Part shown: positions 56,444-64,000 of the stretch, one piece after another | Numbering within the stretch: the first letter of the stretch is position 1 | How the letters are laid out: every line of letters starts with the position of its first letter | DNA from: an uncultured Treponema sp. | Lineage (GTDB): Bacteria; Spirochaetota; Spirochaetia; Treponematales; Treponemataceae | Reading direction: 5' to 3' | Length of the DNA: 64,000 nt | Assembly: GCA_949299755.1 (NCBI GenBank) | Contig: CASGBA010000010.1 | Span: 269-64,268, forward strand | The notes under the pieces: model-generated | Database searches by the model: none | What the model saw: only the letters and a program-made list of their open reading frames with translations | Told to the model about the DNA's origin: nothing | Made by a program: the position numbers and the translations under genes

Positions 56444-57801
56444 TTAAAGCCTGATATGCATGACAGTTCCCTTTCCGGTTTTACTTTCCACTGAAATGAC
56501 GGCTCCTAATTTTTCCGCAACGCTTTTTGCTATTGCCAACCCTATGCCTGTACCGCCCTTGCTTCGGTTCCGGGATTTATCCACCCTGTAAAAGCTGTCG
56601 AAAATATGGGGAATGTCTTCTTCGGGTATCCCTATTCCGTTATCCCGGACAGAAAGAATTCCGTTTTCAAACCGGATGGTAATTTCCGGGGTCGGGCTGT
56701 CGTTGTATAAAATACCGTTTTTTATGATTATGCGGAGAATTTCTCTAAGGCTTTCCGCATCCGTAAGAATTTCTTCAGGGTTAATGCTTTCGATTTCTAT
56801 TTTTACCCCAGGTTCTATTAACTTGAAATCATCCTTTATTGACTGTAAAAAACTTACAAGGTTGAGTGTTTTCTTTTCATAGGGTAAGCGGGCAGCGTTG
56901 TGCGCTCTGTTCAGTTCCAAAAGTTGTTCTGTAAGGTTTGCCATGGATTGGGTTTCTCTTTTCAAAACCTTGAGTGATTCCTCCAATACTTCCGGATTAT
57001 CTTTTCCCCAGCGCATCAATAAATCAACATGACCGCTTATGACGGCTATGGGGGTTTTTAGTTCGTGGGAAACATCCGATGTAAATCTTTTTTCATGTTC
57101 AAAATCTTTTTCAAGCCTGGCAAAAAGTTCGTTGAAAGTATGGGCAAGAACCTTTAATTCATCATCTGTTTCACCTTCATCAAGACGCCGGTCCAAATGT
57201 TCACTTCCTATTTCCTGGGCTTGCTTCGTAATCAGTTTCACAGGTTTTAACATACGGGTTGTTGTACGCCAGGATATTATCCATGAAATTACCAGGATTG
57301 GAATACTGCAAATCAAAAATATTACCGGCATAAACAGCATATACTTATCCAGGGTGTCCATATCTATATCGATGGCCGCCTGTATGTGGTAGGTAATTGT
57401 ATTGAATTCCATGTCTTTTGCGGCATAGACCAAATTCAGGTTTCCATCGGAAAAGAAGTTTTCCCTGAATATCCGGCCGGTTTTCCCCTCTTCTGTTACT
57501 GGGAGTTCCGGTATCATAGGATCATTTGTCTGCAAAACTCTTCCGTTTTTGATGGAAAGCCTGTACATTATGAAATAAGGAATGTTTCCGGTATTCAGGG
57601 TGTTTTTTCCGGAGGATACGGAAGCCGCAACTGTCTCAAGTATATCCAGCGTTGATAAAATTTCTGTATCTCTGCGTGCGGATATTCCTTCCCGTGTTAG
57701 TACAATAATCAGCGCTGAAAAAAAAACACCGAGCAAAAAATCAAAACAGAGAGGAGACTTGCAATACGGATAGAAATCGAGCGTTTTTTATTGAATTTCA
57801 T
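56444..57801 (-). pseudogene. Sensor histidine kinase (TM, sensor, TM, HAMP, HisKA, HATPase_c), frameshifted at an A9/T9 tract
   Basis: ATG at 57801 lies 2 nt after the stop of the upstream OmpR-type regulator and encodes MKFNKKRSISIRIASLLSVLIFCSVFFF. It stops just after the homopolymer (A9 at 57718-57726 on the + strand). The main frame continues SALIIVLTREG...SHELKTPIAVISGH...GTGIGLAIAK. Confidence 0.75.
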
Positions 57802-57803
57802 TT

Positions 57804-58493
57804 TTACTCCGTTGAAATTATATAACCTATCCCTCGCAGGGTTTTTATAACCGGTTCTTCCTGTTGCGTCCCATCCAGTTTTGTCCGTAGGTACCTGACA
57901 TAAACATCTACGGAATTGGCTTCTATAAAGTGATCCGTCCCCCATACAAAATCAATAATCTGGTCCCTGCTCATCGCTTTGTTCTTATTGGTGGCGAGAC
58001 ACAACAGAAGCATATATTCCGTTCTGGTAAGTTGGATTTCCCTGCCGTTTTTCAAAACCCTGCATGCGTCGGTATCAATTTCAATGTCCCTGATATGTAT
58101 TTTCTGCTGCGGGGAAATATTCTGTTCCGGAGGTGTTCTTCTGAACATCCTTCGTATTCTGGCGAGAAGCTCTTCAATCGCAAACGGTTTTATAATGTAA
58201 TCATCCGCACCTGTGTCCAAGGCTGTTACTGTATCCGCTGTATCGCTTTTTGCGGTCACCATAACCACCGGAATGTCCGATGTTTTGCGTATACGTCTTA
58301 ATACTTCGATACCATTGAGTTGCGGAAGCATTATGTCCAAGAGTATCAAATCAAAACCGCCTTTTTCAAATGTTTCAAGGCCATTTCTTCCATCAGCGGC
58401 AATAGTGGCATTATAGCCCTCATGGATTAATTCAAGTTTTATGAATGAAGATATCCCTTCATCATCTTCGATTATGAGGATATTTTTTTTCAT
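57804..58493 (-). CDS. OmpR-family response regulator
   Basis: MKKNILIIEDDEGI...FDLILLDIMLP receiver and a winged-helix output domain (LTRTEYMLLLCLATN...VDVYVRYLRTKL...IKTLRGIGY). ATG 58493 lies 1 nt after the stop of the upstream gene. Confidence 0.9.
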   Translation of the reverse strand: MKKNILIIEDDEGISSFIKLELIHEGYNATIAADGRNGLETFEKGGFDLILLDIMLPQLNGIEVLRRIRKTSDIPVVMVTAKSDTADTVTALDTGADDYIIKPFAIEELLARIRRMFRRTPPEQNISPQQKIHIRDIEIDTDACRVLKNGREIQLTRTEYMLLLCLATNKNKAMSRDQIIDFVWGTDHFIEANSVDVYVRYLRTKLDGTQQEEPVIKTLRGIGYIISTE

Positions 58494-58494
58494 T

Positions 58495-59004
58495 TCAGCG
58501 TTTGAAAGGTTTTCCACCATTGTTATCATACCAGTACCAGTACACGAATTCAAGGTCTTCGTCCCTTTCATATTCCTCCCCGTCATTTATGAATATCGGA
58601 GGAATTTGTTCTATGGTTGTACCGTTTGCCGACATCAAATCCACCACTTCTATTGATATTGTTTCATTACGCCAGGATGGAAGTTCCTTAATGACTATTT
58701 TTGTTCCCTTACGTGATATTTTGTATGAAGCTTCTTCCGGTAAATATTTCCCGTTTATTATGAAATTTTTGCGGGATATTGTCTCTGGGTCCACAGCTGC
58801 ATTGAATTCTATTTCCAACTCCCCGTCTTCCCTTTCAATTTCATCTATATAAAAAAAGGTTATAAAACCGTATTCATTCCTGCCATGTTTGTCTGTTTCC
58901 ATAAAAGGGGAGTTTTGCCAATCACTGGCGAAAGAATCCGGCAGGGATAAAAAAAACAGGGCAAGAAATGCCGCTTTTTTCAGCTTATCCGTTATTTTTT
59001 TCAT
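58495..59004 (-). CDS. Secreted protein of unknown function, first gene of the two-component operon
   Basis: Signal peptide MKKITDKLKKAAFLALFFLSLPDSFA. Tightly coupled to the regulator gene. Confidence 0.6.
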   Translation of the reverse strand: MKKITDKLKKAAFLALFFLSLPDSFASDWQNSPFMETDKHGRNEYGFITFFYIDEIEREDGELEIEFNAAVDPETISRKNFIINGKYLPEEASYKISRKGTKIVIKELPSWRNETISIEVVDLMSANGTTIEQIPPIFINDGEEYERDEDLEFVYWYWYDNNGGKPFKR

Positions 59005-59069
59005 TTCATTGTAAGTATATACGGTTTGGAACCGTATAACATTAAAAAAAAATTAAAAAATGGAAAGAT

Positions 59070-60812
59070 TTATAAGAATTGGGCTGTATACAGTTTTTTG
59101 TAAAGACCATCCTTTTCCATCAGTTGTTCGTGGGTTCCGCTTTCTTCTATCCCTTCATCGGTTACAACAATTATGTTTCCCGCATTCCGTATTGTTGACA
59201 GGCGGTGGGCAATCACCAGTGTTGTGCGCCCTTTGGAAAGCTCGTCAAAGGCGGCTTGTATTTTAGTTTCAGTTGAGGAATCCAATGCGCTGGTAGCTTC
59301 GTCCAGAATAAGTATGGGCGGGTTTTTCAGGAATATGCGGGCAATCGAAATACGCTGTTTTTGTCCGCCGGAAAGTTTTATGCCCCTTTCTCCCACCACA
59401 GTATCGTATCCTTCCGGCATTTTCATTATGTCGTCGTGGATTTCCGCCCGGCGGGCCGCCTCTATGATTTCATCCTCCGTGGCACACGGCTTTCCGTAAG
59501 CTATGTTTCTGCGGATGGAACCGGCGAACATGAATACATCCTGTTGGACAAGACCTATGTTGCTTCTAAGGGACTGAAGGGAAACTTCGCGGATGTCTTC
59601 TCCGCCTATGGTTATTTTTCCTCCGGTAACTTCATAAAACCGGGGCAGGAGGTGGCAAAGGGTTGTTTTTCCTCCGCCGGATGGTCCCACAATGGCGACT
59701 TTTTCCCCGGGGTGTACGATAAGATTAATATTTTCCAGGACGGAAACATCCGAATTGTAGGAAAACGAGACATCTTTGAACACTATTTCACCCCTGGGGT
59801 TTTTCAAAGGTCCCGCACCGGGTTTTTCTGTTGTTTCGCAGTGGGTGTCCATTATTTCCGCAAACCGGGAAAATCCGGCCATACCCGTGGTGAATTGCTC
59901 CACGAAATTGGTTAAACGCCGGATGGGAGCCATAAAAGCCGCCACAAACAGGTTCACAGCAATTAAATCTGCCAGGTTCATTTCCCCCCGCATGATTAAA
60001 AGGCCTCCAAGGGCTAAAACAACCACATTCAGTATGTGGGTTATAAATTCTATTTTACAGTGAAATCCGGCCATTGAACGGTAATAACGCTGTTTCGCTT
60101 TGAAAAACTCCCCGTTGCTTCTGGAAAAGCTCTCATTTTCAAAATTTTCGTTGGTGAAAGCCTTTGTAACCCTTGCCCCTGAAACGCTGGATTCTATGGC
60201 GGCATTTATTTCCGCGGTTTTCTCTTTTACCGCCCTGGAAGCCCTGTTTAGCTTTCTGCGGGATCTCATGGCATAAAAGATGAGGACGGGAAGCAGAAGA
60301 AAAATTACAAGGGCAAGTTCCCATCTTATGACCAGCATTATGCAGAAGGATCCGATGATGGTTGCCAGGGAAATAAAAACATCCTCCGGGCCGTGGTGGG
60401 CAAGTTCCGTCACTTCAAAAAGGTCGTATGTTATCCGGGACATGATGTGGCCCGTCCGTCTGTTGTCAAAGAAGATGAAGCCCTGGTTTTCAATATGGGC
60501 GAAAATGTCCCGTCTCATGTCGGTTTCCACGTGAACGCCGAAAAGATGGCCGAAATAAGCTACAAAATAGGAGGCCGCGGTTTGAAGGCCGTAAAGGGCG
60601 GCCATTATGATTATCATTATAAAAAAGAAAAAAAAGAGTTTTTCCGGCAACAATTCGTTTATTGTCCACCGGGTGAGCACTGGAAAAGCCAAATCCACGG
60701 CTGCGATAAAAGCAGCGCATAACATATCCGCCGCAAAGAGTTTCCAGTGAGGCTTAAAATATGAAAGAAAACGCATCAGTTTTCCTGGAGAATGGGATTT
60801 TTTTACGGCCAT
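59070..60812 (-). CDS. ABC transporter, fused permease/ATP-binding protein (MsbA/MdlB-type exporter)
   Basis: Six-TM ABC_membrane domain. Walker A GPSGGGKTT, signature LSGGQKQRISIAR and Walker B ILILDEATSALD. ATG 60812 is preferred over 60899. Confidence 0.88.
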   Translation of the reverse strand: MAVKKSHSPGKLMRFLSYFKPHWKLFAADMLCAAFIAAVDLAFPVLTRWTINELLPEKLFFFFFIMIIIMAALYGLQTAASYFVAYFGHLFGVHVETDMRRDIFAHIENQGFIFFDNRRTGHIMSRITYDLFEVTELAHHGPEDVFISLATIIGSFCIMLVIRWELALVIFLLLPVLIFYAMRSRRKLNRASRAVKEKTAEINAAIESSVSGARVTKAFTNENFENESFSRSNGEFFKAKQRYYRSMAGFHCKIEFITHILNVVVLALGGLLIMRGEMNLADLIAVNLFVAAFMAPIRRLTNFVEQFTTGMAGFSRFAEIMDTHCETTEKPGAGPLKNPRGEIVFKDVSFSYNSDVSVLENINLIVHPGEKVAIVGPSGGGKTTLCHLLPRFYEVTGGKITIGGEDIREVSLQSLRSNIGLVQQDVFMFAGSIRRNIAYGKPCATEDEIIEAARRAEIHDDIMKMPEGYDTVVGERGIKLSGGQKQRISIARIFLKNPPILILDEATSALDSSTETKIQAAFDELSKGRTTLVIAHRLSTIRNAGNIIVVTDEGIEESGTHEQLMEKDGLYKKLYTAQFL

Positions 60813-60930
60813 AAGGCATTTTAGCTGAAAAAAAAAGCTTTGAAAAGAATTCAACTGGAAGAAGGACAGACAGCATAAAGAGTGAATATTCAGTTGCACA
60901 AGCTGACAAAATATGATATTTTGTAAAGTA

Positions 60931-62841
60931 ATGATGGAAGATAAAACTTTACCTAAATTGCTCCGGCGGATAGCCGGAACTTATCCCGAAATAAAAGCCC
61001 AGTATTCAAAGGTGGACGGGGACAATTTTGCAGCCCTTTCATATTCAGAATACTATAATCACGTTTTGGATTTCGCCGCCGCCCTCTTGTCTTATGGATA
61101 TTCCCGCGGGGATCATATAGGCCTTATTTCCGATAACAGGAAGGAATGGCAACATGCCAGTATGGGTATAATGGCAATAGGTGCCGCGGATGTGCCGCGT
61201 GGATGCGATGCCACAGCCAAGGAAATAAGCTACATTTTGTCTTTTGCGGAATGTAAACTGACTGTTGTTGAGAATTCAGCGCAAATACTGAAAATCCTTG
61301 AGCATAAGGATTCTATCCCGGAACTGGCCCGATTCATTGTTTTTGATAAGCCCTCTGAAAAAGCCTTGGAGACGGCCTCCATCGCTTCCGTGGAGGTGAT
61401 TACCTTTCAGGAAGCTTTGGAGCGGGGAAAGGCTTGGCGTGCTGAAAATCCCGGTGCGGTTGAAAACGAATTGGAAAAGGGCGGTGAAAATGACATCGCC
61501 ACAATTATTTTCACTTCCGGTACTACCGGTGAACCGAAAGGTGTTATGCTTTCCCACGATAATTTTTTAAGCCAGCTTGAGGAGCTTCCGGAGCGTATTG
61601 TGCTTAATCCCGGACAAACGGCTATTTCCATTCTTCCTGTATGGCATGCTTTTGAGCGGTTGGTGGAATACGTTATTTTGGTAAGTGCCGCCGGTATCAT
61701 TTATTCCAAACCTGTTGGAAGTATACTTTTGGCGGATATAGCGAAAATGAATCCTAATCTGATGCCGTCTGTTCCCCGTATATGGGAATCCGTATATGAC
61801 GGGATTTTCAGGACAATGCGGAAAACAGGTGGTATTACATGGGTTTTGTTTAACTTTTTTGTGCGTGTTGCCCTTTTGGAGGCTGCCTGTGGCCGGGCTG
61901 TTCGCGGCAACAGGCCTTTGATGCACAAATGGGAACGTCCCGTGGGCTTTGTTTTCGGTCTAATTCCATGGATTTTGCTCCAACCTGCCTATTGGCTGGG
62001 GAATGCCCTGGTTTACAGAAAGATAAGGCTTAAATTGGGGAATGCCTTCGTGGGAGGAGTTTCCGGTGGCGGTGCCCTGCCTCCTGCCATAGATGAGTTT
62101 TTCTGGGCTATCCGTGTAAAGGTTGTCGAAGGTTATGGCCTTACGGAAACAGCCCCTGTTGTGGCTGTTCGCCCAATCCCTAAACCGGTTTTCGGCACAA
62201 TCGGGACGTCTATTTCCTGTTGCACTGTAAAAATAGTGGACGAAAACAACAGGGAGCTTCCCCCGGGACAGAAGGGTACGGTTCTTATTAAAGGACGCAA
62301 TGTAATGAAAGGATACTATAAACGCCCTGAATTGACCGCTAAGGTTCTTTCCCCTGATGGTTGGCTTGATACCGGCGACATCGGGTTTAAGACAATAACC
62401 GGCGAAATAATTTTACGTGGAAGGAAAAAAGATACGATTGTTTTGCGGGGCGGAGAAAATGTTGAGCCTCTTCCCATCGAAATGAAAATAAATGAATCAA
62501 GATTTATTGAATCTTCTATGGTTGTGGGACAGGATCAAAAATGCCTTTCTGCCCTGATAGTACCGGCCAGGGAGGAGATAAAGGCTTGGGCCGCAGAAAA
62601 CGGAATAACAGGTTCATATAAGGAAATTCTTGAACACCAGGAAGTGAAAAAATTCATAGACTCTGAGGTGGCGGAATATGTAAGTGCCCGTAACGGTTTC
62701 CGGCCCTTTGAGCGTATAAACAGAACCGCTTTGCTGGAAAAATCTTTTGAGCCAGGGGTTGAACTTTCCGCAAAACAGGAAATAATGCGATTTAAGGTTC
62801 TTGAAATTTATAAAAAGGAAGTCAAGGATCTTTTCAGCTGA
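60931..62841 (+). CDS. AMP-dependent synthetase/ligase (long-chain fatty acid-CoA ligase-like)
   Basis: AMP-binding motif IIFTSGTTGEPKGVMLSH, with GYGLTETAP and TGDIG...RGRKKD motifs. Confidence 0.85.
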   Translation: MMEDKTLPKLLRRIAGTYPEIKAQYSKVDGDNFAALSYSEYYNHVLDFAAALLSYGYSRGDHIGLISDNRKEWQHASMGIMAIGAADVPRGCDATAKEISYILSFAECKLTVVENSAQILKILEHKDSIPELARFIVFDKPSEKALETASIASVEVITFQEALERGKAWRAENPGAVENELEKGGENDIATIIFTSGTTGEPKGVMLSHDNFLSQLEELPERIVLNPGQTAISILPVWHAFERLVEYVILVSAAGIIYSKPVGSILLADIAKMNPNLMPSVPRIWESVYDGIFRTMRKTGGITWVLFNFFVRVALLEAACGRAVRGNRPLMHKWERPVGFVFGLIPWILLQPAYWLGNALVYRKIRLKLGNAFVGGVSGGGALPPAIDEFFWAIRVKVVEGYGLTETAPVVAVRPIPKPVFGTIGTSISCCTVKIVDENNRELPPGQKGTVLIKGRNVMKGYYKRPELTAKVLSPDGWLDTGDIGFKTITGEIILRGRKKDTIVLRGGENVEPLPIEMKINESRFIESSMVVGQDQKCLSALIVPAREEIKAWAAENGITGSYKEILEHQEVKKFIDSEVAEYVSARNGFRPFERINRTALLEKSFEPGVELSAKQEIMRFKVLEIYKKEVKDLFS

Positions 62842-62869
62842 TTTTGCTGTATGATTCAATTGCGTAAAT

Positions 62870-63760
62870 ATGGAAAATATAGCCGCAAGAGTAAAAGTTT
62901 TTTTCTATTCTTTGACACACGGTGACTGGTATAACGCTTTTTCAATACCCATTTCCCTTGTGGTTATATTTGTTGTTTTCTGGTTCCTGCGTATTGTCCT
63001 TATGAGGGCTATGAGGGACAAGGTGTCTCCGGCGGTAAAAAATATTGTCCGTAAAGTGATTTTTTATGCGGCTTTGGTCGCCGCTGCTGTTACTGTGTTG
63101 AATGGTTTTGGCGTGAATCTTTCGGCCATCCTTGGTGCGGCGGGAATATTCGGAGTGGCTCTGGGTTTCGCTTCCCAAACCTCCGTATCGAATATTATTT
63201 CCGGACTTTTCCTTTTGGCAGGGCGAAGTTTTAAAATAGGGGATACTGTCCAGATAAATTCTGTCCGTGGTACAGTGGAATCCATCGATTTTTTGTCTGT
63301 TCATTTAAAGAGTGAAAACGGGGAATTTATCCGGGTTCCCAATGAAAGCATAATAAAGGCGAATTTCACGAACTGCACTCTTTTTCCGGAGAGAAGAATC
63401 ACGGTTAAGGCGACTTTTTCCCTTAAGGCTTTTAGGGACTGGCAGGCTCAGGTTTCCGGTTCCTCCGGAAAAACCGTATCCGGGGCATTACAGGATTTTT
63501 CCCCGGATGCGTCAGGGTGCTTTTGTTTTGTCGAAAAAGAACTGCTTCAAGCCTCCTCCTGTGAATGTATATTGCCTTCTCCCGGTGCAAAGGTTTCAGT
63601 ATGCGGTTTCCGTGGGGATGAATTCGATGTGCTTCTTTCAGTGTGGTGTAAAAACGAGGATGAGCCGTCCGTTAGAGAAAAACTTTTAATCCGTACCGCA
63701 GACTGTTTCCTGAAACCTTGGATTCCGTCCGGTTTGTTTATTTCCGCTTCATTTTTATAA
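62870..63760 (+). CDS. Mechanosensitive ion channel family protein (MscS-like)
   Basis: Three TM helices, then the MscS core SNIISGLFLLAGRSFKIGDTVQINSVRGTVESIDFLSVHLKSENGEFIRVPN. Confidence 0.8.
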   Translation: MENIAARVKVFFYSLTHGDWYNAFSIPISLVVIFVVFWFLRIVLMRAMRDKVSPAVKNIVRKVIFYAALVAAAVTVLNGFGVNLSAILGAAGIFGVALGFASQTSVSNIISGLFLLAGRSFKIGDTVQINSVRGTVESIDFLSVHLKSENGEFIRVPNESIIKANFTNCTLFPERRITVKATFSLKAFRDWQAQVSGSSGKTVSGALQDFSPDASGCFCFVEKELLQASSCECILPSPGAKVSVCGFRGDEFDVLLSVWCKNEDEPSVREKLLIRTADCFLKPWIPSGLFISASFL

Positions 63761-63803
63761 TTTTTAATTTTCTTTATAGAAAAACCGTGATATACTGTTC
63801 CTT

Positions 63804-64000
63804 GTGTGTGATGATAGGGACAATATTGAACCGGATTTTTTTGAAAAACGTTTGACGGCTGTTGAGACAAAATTATCCTATCTTGAAAATTTTGTTGAAT
63901 CGTTACAGGCAGTGGTGACAGATCATAATGCGCAATTAGATTTGCTCAGAAATGAAAATATCCGGTTGTACAATAAAATCATCGAATTGGAAGAATCGGA
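63804..64000 (+). CDS. Partial CDS (runs off the window): small coiled-coil protein, SlyX-like
   Basis: GTG 63804 opens a frame reading ...FFEKRLTAVETKLSYLENFVESLQAVVTDHNAQLDLLRNENIRLYNKIIELEES with no stop before the window end. Heptad pattern resembles SlyX. Start codon uncertain. Confidence 0.35.
   Translation, partial: MCDDRDNIEPDFFEKRLTAVETKLSYLENFVESLQAVVTDHNAQLDLLRNENIRLYNKIIELEES

Noticed and set aside
57709-57945. 78-aa ORF treated as an independent gene
   Set aside because: Its C-terminal 30 residues are the missing N-terminus and first TM helix of the downstream histidine kinase. Its upstream part overlaps the response-regulator gene in another frame.

Overview
This is a 64-kb chromosomal window, apparently from an anaerobic, saccharolytic spirochaete. 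I infer Treponema-like from the GroEL sequence, a solitary groEL without groES, and an orphan PtsI; this is not proven. About 60 genes are tightly packed, and most are housekeeping or central metabolism.

Main content, in order:
- An IS110-family insertion sequence at the left edge.
- ptsI, der, a MerR regulator and an Rsm22-like methyltransferase.
- rluA, metA and two large unknown ORFs.
- A beta-CASP RNase, rlmB and a 2-hydroxyacid dehydrogenase.
- A five-gene electron-bifurcating-type [FeFe] hydrogenase operon (NuoE-like, GHKL ATPase, 2Fe-2S protein, NuoF-like, HydA).
- A short accessory stretch: HIRAN protein, WYL regulator, PNPOx-like protein, an unknown ORF and an XRE regulator.
- A CBS/GHKL, DRTGG and PHP sensory trio.
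- A carboxyltransferase and groEL.
- A GC-rich putP block.
- Envelope proteins.
- An initiator tRNA-Met followed by a decayed tandem copy.
- GH36 alpha-galactosidase and GH2 beta-galactosidase, an SDR and gpmI.
- An araB-araA-araD-araR arabinose cluster.
- A binding-protein/YesM/YesN three-component sugar sensor.
- An OmpR/HK two-component system.
- An ABC exporter, an acyl-CoA ligase and MscS.

No rRNA, CRISPR array or prophage was seen.

Most noteworthy observations:
1. Four reading-frame disruptions fall only in signal-input genes. Three are at A7-A9 tracts, while other 8-9-nt homopolymers in the window are in frame.
2. A stand-alone HIRAN-domain protein overlaps tail-to-tail with a WYL regulator. 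The pair is wedged between the hydrogenase operon and the CBS/GHKL-DRTGG-PHP module.
3. The initiator tRNA unit is duplicated in tandem, and the second copy has lost its anticodon region.
4. An orphan promoter-terminator unit could encode a ~120-nt sRNA with an anti-Shine-Dalgarno loop.

All family assignments come from motif recognition by eye and need HMM or BLAST confirmation.
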